Below, piece after piece: positions 20,301-28,067 of a DNA stretch of 33,968 nt. The stretch is taken from contig NC_027217.1 in the NCBI RefSeq assembly GCF_000981445.1, positions 2,790,001-2,823,968 of the forward strand, read 5' to 3'. Numbering within the stretch: the stretch's first letter is position 1; each line of letters opens with the position of its first letter. This DNA is from Babesia bigemina. Taxonomy: Eukaryota. The position numbers and the translations under genes were made by a program. Under the pieces are notes generated by a model, which saw nothing but the letters and a program-made list of their open reading frames with translations, did not search any database and had not been told where the DNA came from.

Positions 20301-21625
20301 CGTGATCCCCATGGACATCACGCATTTCGACAAGATCGACCTGGCAGTACGGAGAATAATTAACGCGAAGCACGGACACAAGAAGTGGGCGAACACACAG
20401 AGGCTCTACCTCCCCCGGAAAGAGATGGGGAGAGGGCTCCACAGCATGGTATTTAGAGCGGAAGCCATGCTGCTACGACTGTGGTTGACGCTTTCAGCAG
20501 ACGAGGTGACGTCAACCAGGAGAGCTGCGATCATGCAGCATTTTCGCGACACATACGCGCACATATCTCACATCAAGATGCACCTGGAAGGAAGATATGG
20601 AATGGAATTCGGAATGGAGGACACTACGGACAAGAGCCTCAGGGACCTCAGGGTGGCCCAAAACAAATGGCTGTACAACAGAATGCACGTAAAATCAACT
20701 CATAAGGTTCTGTATGCCAAGCGTGAGGACCCCAAGCTGGACATTGAGGCGTCGTCCTTGTACCTGACGTGTGGAATACTCACTCCGGAAGAAGAAGCGA
20801 ACGTAGCGGAAGTCCAGGATAGGAATCTGCAATGGATGTCTTCGTCCAAGAAATGCACAAGATGCAACAACGGCAAGAACGTGGATCACCTCGCGACGAA
20901 GTGCCAGAAACTACTACACCTAGAATATACGAAGAGGCACAACGAGGTAGCAAAACGGGTCCACTCAGTACTCGGGAGGCAAATAGGACTACCCAAGGAG
21001 AAGATAGACGCCCACAAGATCGAGAGTGAAGTACATGGAAAATACGGATGGATCGCGTACGACAAGACGGTCAAGACTCAGAAGACTAAGGAATACAACA
21101 GGCCAGACATCATCCTGGCGGATCGGCGGAGGAACACCATAACCATCGTGGAGATAGGAATCACCAATCAAGACAACCTAGTGGATACGGAGAAGTTCAA
21201 GAAGCAGAAGTATGAAGACCTTATTGAGGACCTCAAGGCGCGACAGTTTAACCAGCACACCAAGATCAGGGTTATCCCCTACGTTATGACGTGGGAGGGA
21301 ATAGTGACAAAGGAGCACAGCAAGTACAGACGGGACCTGGGCATATCGGATCGCATGGAAGCCCACATACAAAGGGTAGTGATCCAAGAAACACATAAAA
21401 TAGTGATGAGGGATATGAAGCCGAAAGAAGACTACGATTCCGTAGAAGACCCTCAAGCCCAAACTGGATGGATGCCCGCATGGATGGCACCAGTGACGTC
21501 CGGCAATGGACCGGCGTGGATCCCGCAACCGGTTTCAGCGTGAGGCGTTAGCCCCGCAAACACGAAAACCGGCCCTAGGCACGTAGCCACATAGCACACT
21601 ATAAGATGAGATAACTTAATTTAAC
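17308..21625 (+). mobile_element. Apparently full-length non-LTR retrotransposon with restriction-like endonuclease (RLE; R4/Dong-like), 4318 bp
   Basis: Bounded by a 12-bp TSD; 192-bp 5'UTR, single intact ORF, 82-bp 3'UTR ending ATAAC TTAAT TTAAC. No LTRs or TIRs seen. Absent from the paralogous ves gene. Confidence 0.95.
17500..21543 (+). CDS. Non-LTR retrotransposon protein: Myb-like segment, reverse transcriptase, CCHC zinc knuckle, PD-(D/E)xK endonuclease (1347 aa)
   Basis: RT motifs KSPGADGI, YRPITCMSNLYKL, WVDVMKAYDSIDH, GILQGDSLSPLLF, YIDD (19951-19962), GLRINRDKS and YKYLG. CTRC-x7-H-x4-C at 20854-20904, RHNEV, and RPDII...IVEIGI...KKQKY (~21100-21215). No APE domain recognisable. 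Confidence 0.96.
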   Translation: MESSQEVQLSSQIDEDGDLMVIDVDVPDGMDIDAPLATVGRRECRQPERRHESRKPVQSGVQGPKGKPTNSKGAGRGGESRPIPQASRKRHQPGTTPAVKGAGNKARNGGPQGQKGNNRKAKKTGNTAQTPPVVVCNAGPSSSERAPVCVQTLSTLQPPAGEVVGNGGCRSPTVYSISSDDFMDVDEEEPEQVGPVRESNNSIAPGTASEVALTETAALPRAPEGHAPQAERAGNTPQMPPNYARLNAKLQFLHCVMRQIDGPWCHWVPDVYKAVVTKYQRMPRGGWKVLAEYANEHFEFHKTHKEVEQMARQVVAKAARSQPTDVGEIASLHDVDSYNALQEDFDRIMAQRLREPGVIRTVKNKRHTMDSLDFTAIRSLDLVVHNYVKHNPVTDMGMLAILYQTAQDCYDKYSAKPSSSSGKKEAAERRIKELEEIGALLLKYKQKVPLEKEDRKRVYRQMDKYNMIADKPQELSYVISRTQEELQKEQDKLKNAKFKKELYNDNRMFELYTGHFYRTLENKQDADESAINEGMMIEYWAQMWVKPNAPHNGEGYLVERPPAENKAGFPTYEEFVTIVKKLRDWKSPGADGIYNYYIKWLTSLHRVIYRLVEEACQQGKVQDDWFYCGITYLLPKNKKPKSAAQYRPITCMSNLYKLTTRCATETLKREVDGRGLRSENQMGTRSNVQGAKEHALANIALNEKHKGKLLATWVDVMKAYDSIDHAYLARVIDNLNLPGWLSNFIKQTIKRWNIEIRWNKNTIMHKKVERGILQGDSLSPLLFVLCLDPLSRHLTRIFPKVELSVTGGRIFATNHFLYIDDLKFFAHEESTMRGMGREVEKFFNDIGLRINRDKSATNTEACASIAKQMEGPETYKYLGVTETSNSLTSDGMFDIILQEICRRTELLAASKLSGKNLSMAINQYALSVINYYIGVIPMDITHFDKIDLAVRRIINAKHGHKKWANTQRLYLPRKEMGRGLHSMVFRAEAMLLRLWLTLSADEVTSTRRAAIMQHFRDTYAHISHIKMHLEGRYGMEFGMEDTTDKSLRDLRVAQNKWLYNRMHVKSTHKVLYAKREDPKLDIEASSLYLTCGILTPEEEANVAEVQDRNLQWMSSSKKCTRCNNGKNVDHLATKCQKLLHLEYTKRHNEVAKRVHSVLGRQIGLPKEKIDAHKIESEVHGKYGWIAYDKTVKTQKTKEYNRPDIILADRRRNTITIVEIGITNQDNLVDTEKFKKQKYEDLIEDLKARQFNQHTKIRVIPYVMTWEGIVTKEHSKYRRDLGISDRMEAHIQRVVIQETHKIVMRDMKPKEDYDSVEDPQAQTGWMPAWMAPVTSGNGPAWIPQPVSA

Positions 21626-21637
21626 GTAGATATACAG
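21626..21637 (+). repeat. Right target-site duplication GTAGATATACAG
   Basis: Matches 17296-17307. Confidence 0.95.
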
Positions 21638-24600
21638 CCCATGAGAGGTAGAGATCGGCGTGCTTTTTGGCGAGGTACGTGTACGCATCGGAAGATGTGG
21701 AGCAAAGGTAGGCAGCGCAGTGAATATCCCTGTCATGAGGTAGATTGCACGAATCTTTCGACAAGCTCCACAAGTCAGCCTCCGTGGATTTGGAATGGCC
21801 CGAGCTGTTGTGGCCTGTTTGGTTGCGATATGCATTCTGCAGCGCACCTGTGAGTTTGCTGGTCTCCTTGTATAGCTCGATGGACAGCGCTTTCGTTTTC
21901 GTTTCAAAAGCTAAGCTGACATCACTAGCGGCTTTAGCGTTATCTAACATACTACTTAGCGTCAACGCAAATTGGAAGTGCTCCGGCAACGTAGATGGCG
22001 GTTTGGGCAGCAGACCGAAGAGCGCGTTAATATTCGAAATGTCGAAGAATTTGGTCAGCACGGTACATATGTCCTTACCTGTCTTCGTACTTCCAGAGAA
22101 ACCCCTAAAGCCAAGTGGTGTTATACATGGCGCACCGGGTAGGCTTTTGGGACACGTTTTACACTCGGACTTACACCCCGCTGAAACCAACTGGTGAGGC
22201 AGGCACCCGGGTAGGCTGTCGCGAAGATACGACATCAACGGCGATCTGGGTTGGCAATCGGTTGACTCGTCGGCGGGATGTTCACCGCATTGCCAATTGG
22301 AGTGTTTGACTCCTCTGCCGTACTGACAGCCGGACCAGCCGTGGTATGTAGCGCTTAGGCCGCATTGAGTATGCAAAAATTTAAGCGAGGGTAGTAGTCT
22401 GCGAAGCACGTCCAATAGCATCTGAAGGCAATCTTCGCCCTTGGATGGGTAGTGAAAGTTCAGCGAATTGGTGGAGTAGTCGACGGCGTACATGGAGTAC
22501 GCGTCCCCGGTTCCAGCGATTGTTGTGAGAATATCGTGAGATCTCGAACACAGACGTTTCACTGCTCGCTGAGTATTATCCAGCGCTATGTTTTGTGGAT
22601 ACGCTGCCAGCGGTTCGTCGCTGATATATGTGACGGGGATGCCATCGGCGTCTTCGGGCTGTTTAGTGGGATCGACGAACAGTTCGCTGATAGCGTCATC
22701 TAACAGATGTTGATACACGTTATTGCACGGTAGCCCGGACACCCAGCACAGCATCTCGAATATGTTACATGGACGTTTCCTCGCAGAGAAGGTGGCGACG
22801 TGGCAGACTTGGTAATATATCTGGAGACAGTCGTGCAGTGTATCCAGTGCGTTTTGCTTGGATTTATCAATGTAATACAAGTGGTGTTCATCACTTCCGA
22901 ACATACGTTTGCAGATGAATAGTCCTGTCATGCCTTTACTGTCCTGCAGCTCCCAGTGCTTCTTCCCGTCCTCGGTAACTTTGTAGCCTTGAGTGGCAAA
23001 ATATTTTCCGAGCTCTGTGTTTATGTTTATTTGATCGCTTTTACACCTTGCAACGCAGTACTTCAGTATAGTCTTGAACTCGGAATACAGGATGGAGAGC
23101 AGCGACAGGCACACCTTGGCGCATTTAGCAGAGTCTTCGGACGGGTGGTCTTTATTATTTGTTTTTTGTGACCAAACAATGCTATCGGCACCGTCATATG
23201 TATTAACGTACGCTTTATCCAGCTCACCAACCAACGCCGGGTACCCCTTTCTCAACGCTTCCAAAACTGCGGGACTCTCACCATCGCCGAATTTCTCCGG
23301 AGTGAATTGGCCGAGTCGGTTCTTCAGCCTTTGCAGGTTTTTTGTAAATCCGTGGTCGAAGTGCTGTGAAATAACGAGGCCTTTGAGCAGGTTGTCGAGA
23401 GCGTCGTTGGTGGAGGAGATTTTGTCGAAGTCGAAGGTGAAGTCCTTTTGCTTGCTCAACTTGGAGAAGAATGCGGTGAAGGCGGTGTTTAAGGTTTCAG
23501 CCCCGCTACTTAATGCTGACTTTGAGGGTGTCCCGAAGCCGTCGATGCGCTCCACTGTGACAACGAAAGTCTCGTGGAGTTTGGCAAGAAAACCCTTCGA
23601 TCCGGTTGTTAAGTTTTCGGTGATGATGTCTCTAATTACATCTAGCTGGCTGCCTACTAAAGATTTGAGGGCGGTTAGGTCGGAGAGTTGATGCCTGTTA
23701 AACAGTAGTTGGACTTCTTTGGTGATTTCGTTAAATGCTTGTTCAGTGGTGGCAATCAGATTGCGTTGCGTGACTGTGAAAGCTGCGTTTAAGGCTTTAT
23801 ACGTTTCACGAACAGATTTTTCAACGTCGAGAATTGCAGAATCTATAGCGTCGTTAGATTCCTTAACCATTTGAGTTATATAATTAATTTTGTTTTGAAG
23901 TGCGTTAATATCTTGCTTCAATCCATCCATGATTCCTACTATTTGGTTCTTTTTATCATCCAGAGTGGTCACGAAATTTGCAAGCGAAAACAGCTCTGCT
24001 TGAATTTGTATGAGTGAGGATTCGAGGGATACTCGGGTGTCGTGGCATTTTTTCATAACATCCTTTATTTTACTCAGGTCTTTATGAGCATTTTGAAATG
24101 CGTTACCAACTTGTTTCTGAAGTTCTTCATAAAGCTCTTTCTCGTTCTTGAGGGCAGCGTTGAGCTCTCGTTTCTTGTTTTTATAATCGTATGATTCGAG
24201 ATCATGAATTTTTATATTCCCTGGCGCGCTTTGTTCGCCCTCGATACCCGCAACCTTTTTATTAATATTTTTTATCTCAGCTCGAAGCACACCGTCACCT
24301 GTACCTACACCTGATATATCTCTTTTTGTCTGCTTTAAATAATTTGGCATTAGAGCATTATCTGCACCGGAGTTTTCATTAAACGTTATTAAATTTAAAT
24401 CATCAATTCCATCACCGTCGATCACATCCTTTAGTTGTGCAGCAATCTGACCAAGAATTTGACCACCAAGCTGGTCCACTTCGGTGGTTTTTCCAAGGGC
24501 ATCACTAATCTTCTGACCGAGCGCCTTGATAGTCTCGATCGCGTCATTTACGTTCTTGCCAAGTTCGTAATGATTGGCTCTTTGTTTATCCATACCGGCA

Positions 24601-26775
24601 AATGATTTGATTTCCTCAGCACACTTTCTGACTACAAGAATAAGTTGTAGTGAAATCGTGCGTATAGCACTTTTGAGATACTCTTTAGGGTCAGAAGTCC
24701 CGCTGGAGACGCCACCGAATCCAAGGGTGGTCTCAACCTCCGTGGCTATGCTGTCAGCCTTCACCGGGTCAACACCTTGCTCAATCGCTTTAACTACGTC
24801 GTCATGAAATCTAATTATTTCTGACAATATAGCTGTGACGTTTCCATTAATACTTGGCGTACGTATTTCGCGGTCTTTGAGAAGATTTGATATTTTCGGT
24901 TTAATAAAAGCGATCGCTTGACTACGTTTGCTCTCCAACTCGTCTCCAACGAGGCTAATACTAGGCTGCTTACTCTGAATATACCAGTCAATATGCATAT
25001 TTACTGTATCATTTTTATCCAATATCTTGATTAACCATTGTTCAACCGTGGCGACAATTGAGTCAGTTCGAAGTCCCTGCGCATACTTTCTTATGCCGTC
25101 AGTAATTTTATCCAAATGGCCAGGATGTTGAGTTTTTTTAGCTTCCTCATGATGTGCAACGGCTTTAGTTTCCTCTTGAATCGCCTCTTTAATCTGCTGC
25201 GCCATCTGCCCCTTAACGTAAGCATCAAGTTTGTTTTTGATTCTATCCCTCAGCTTCCGCAAGTCTTTTTTCACATCGTCGTCAAGATCCTTCAGCTTAC
25301 CGAGAACGCCACTTTTTTGCGCTCCCAGATTTCCATCATTTCCGACAGCCCCTATCACAGCATCTCTAACAGCTACCAATTTTCTCTTATACACATTTTC
25401 CAACTCTGGAATGGCCGCACGAACTGTCTTCAGATATTTCTTAACATGATCAAATATTTCGCCGTTTATACTAACTTTAAACTTATACAAATCGTCTTGG
25501 ATTCTTTTATCCAAATCCTTTGCCTCAGATTGAACTGCCTTGCACAAGGTCTGCAGCGGTGATTTATCGTCCTTGACATAATTCTCCAGTTGCATTTTAA
25601 TTTCATATAAATGTTTCCAGATTTTGTCTGTATAATTCGAGTCATAATATGTAACGTTCTCGGTAATTGCATCCCTGGTTTGCGAGATTGCTTCCCGAAT
25701 CTTTTCGAAGTGTTTTCGTTTCTCATCTCCCAGATGACCAAGTTGAAGTAAGATCTTCTTTATTTCATCATTTAACCGCACCTGCAGCACTTCGCATTCA
25801 TATTTAATTTTGTTTACTACTTCTCTTTTCTGTCTCCCCAACTGCTCATCAACGTACGCTGCCTGAGCTTTAAATTCCTTCTGCTCGGCGCTCTCCTTTA
25901 ACATCTTCACAGCTTCCTTAACGACGTTTAATTCACCATTTATTTTGTTGCTCAATGTGTAGTCTAATTTATTGACGTGATTTGTTTCAATTTTTCTAGC
26001 CGCATTTTTTATTTTTTCAACCACTGTAGTCCACTCCTCCAACTGCTTCTTCAGTGGCTTATTGTCATTGATTGAAACAGTATTCATCGATTCCTTATTA
26101 ATTATATCATCTTTCAATTTCTCTATTTCTATGTTTACGGAACCTGTTAACGTCCAAATTTGTCTCCTATACCCCTCCAACCACCCCTTCACCGCGCCGA
26201 CAGCATCCAGAAGCCCAGTACGCCCGGAGCCAATTTTATTATTTAAAGTGTTAATAACCGTATTAATGTCTTTATTCTTATCTGTATCATAAGTTATCAC
26301 TTCATTTTCGTTTTTCACCGCACCAAGCACACCACTCAAAAATCCCATCACCCCGTCACACAGCCTATCCAAGTCGGAGTACACTATCCCAGAGCCGTCG
26401 TAGCCTTTGGAGTCTTTGTTGAAGCCGAGGAAAGTCTCGAGGCCAGTGCACAGGTTATCTAAAAGCTTTTCACAATTGTTATTGTCAGTTAATCCTTTAA
26501 GACTCTCTCCAAGCTTTTTAACCTGCTGCAACTTGGACTCAATGTCCTTCAAGGCAGGGTTCTCAGGATATTTTCCGTGCTGTTTTTTACAATCTTCGAG
26601 GCATTTTGTATTAAGCTGTATATTGTAATTCTCCTTGATTTTATCTTCTTGGACACCAGATTCTTTAAGCTTCTTAGTAGCATCACTAATCTGCTTCTCG
26701 TAGTACTGACAGTAAGTCTCCTTATCAGAGTATTTGAAGGGGCAAGAAAGCTTAGATTTTTCGGATTGGAGGGAG
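21626..26775 (-). pseudogene. ves1: 5' and main fragment of the retrotransposon-disrupted ves gene
   Basis: The frame is open from the satellite edge (SLQSEKSKLSCPFKY...) through LCTGLETFLGF...GIVYSDLDRLCDGVMGFL to YLSWAVYL, then R* inside the element end. No ATG lies upstream of the conserved GVMGFL block; the track start at 26552 is TTG. Confidence 0.9.
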
Positions 26776-27567
26776 ATAAGGGGCGATGTAGAGTGGGTTA
26801 GGGAGCGATGTAGAGTGGGTTAGGGAGCGATGTGGAGTGGGTAAAGGAGCGATGTAGAGTGGATTAGGGAGCGATGTAGAGTGGATAAAGGAGCGATGTG
26901 GAGTGGGTTAAGGGGCGATGAAGAGTGGATTAAGGGGCGATGTAGAGTGGGTAAGGGAGCGATGTGGAGTGGATAAAGGGACGATGTAGAGTGGGTAAAG
27001 GGGCGATGTGGAGTGGATAAAGGGGCGATGTAGAGTGGACAAAGGGGCGATGTAGAGTGGATAAAGGGGCGATGTAGGGTGGATAAAGGGGCGATGTAGA
27101 GTGGATACAGGGGCGATGTAGAGTGGATAAAGGGGCGATGTGGAGTGGATTAGGGAGCGATGTGGAGTGGGTTAGGGAGCGATGTGGAGTGGATAAGGAG
27201 CGATGTAGAGTGGATAAGGGGCGATGTAGAGTGGGTAAAGGGGCGATGTAAGGTGGATAAGGGAGCGATGTGGAGTGGATAAAGGAGCGATGTGGAGTGG
27301 GTTAAGCGGCGATGTGCAGTGGGTTAGGGAGCGATGTAGAGTGGACAAAGGGGCGATGTAGAGTGGGTTAAGGAGCGATGTAGAGTGGATAAGGGAGCGA
27401 TGTAGGGTGGGTTAAGGGGCGATGTAGAGTGGATAAAGGGGCGATGTAGAGTGGGTTAAGGGGCGATGTAGAGTGGAGTAAGGGGCGATGTAGAGTGGGT
27501 AAAGGGGCGATGTGGAGTGGGTAAAGGGGCGATGGAGAGTGGGTTAAGGGGCGACGTAGAGTGGATA
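26775..27567. repeat. G-rich 22-bp satellite (~36 copies)
   Basis: Same unit as 12935-13870; both arrays are followed by ATAATCACCACT. Confidence 0.98.
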
Positions 27568-27596
27568 ATAATCACCACTCAGGTCAGGTGCTTGGT

Positions 27597-27808
27597 CACC
27601 ATGTCATCGCTGCCTTGACCATGTCATCGCTGCCGTGACCTTGTCATCGCTGCCGTGACCTTGTCATCGCTGCTGTGACCATAACCATGTCATCGCTGCC
27701 GTGTCCATGTCATCGCTGCCTTGACCATGTCATCGCTGCCGTGACCTTGTCATCGCTGCCGTAACCAGTCATCGCTGCCGTAACCATGTCCTCGCTGCCG
27801 TAACCATC
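27597..27808. repeat. 20-bp minisatellite (~10 copies)
   Basis: GTGACC(A/T)TGTCATCGCTGCC variants. Confidence 0.95.
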
Positions 27809-27811
27809 AAC

Positions 27812-27942
27812 TTGGTCATGTCATTGGTCACCATATTGGTCAACACCTCGGTCATGGCATTGGTCAGCACTCTGGTCATGGCATTGGTCAGCACTTTGGT
27901 CATGGCATTGGTCACCACCTTGGTCATTGCATTGGTCAACAC
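27812..27942 (-). repeat. 12-bp array TTGGTCAnnnnn (~11 units)
   Basis: TTGGTCATGGCA / TTGGTCAGCACT / TTGGTCACCACC etc.; reverse-strand relative of the TGACCTA array. Confidence 0.88.
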
Positions 27943-28067
27943 ATTAGTTAACTACTACACAATCACATACAACGATTAGTGAGTGATACAATAGATTAAA
28001 GCACAATTCATAAGTTAGGTGAGTAGGTGATGCTAGGTGAGTGTAGACAGTAAACACGTGAGTACGC

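Noticed and set aside
17500..21543. Group II intron, retron, DGR, telomerase or LTR-element RT
   Set aside because: The CCHC plus PD-(D/E)xK C-terminus, the TSD, and the absence of LTRs, integrase, protease or an intron domain V indicate an RLE non-LTR element.
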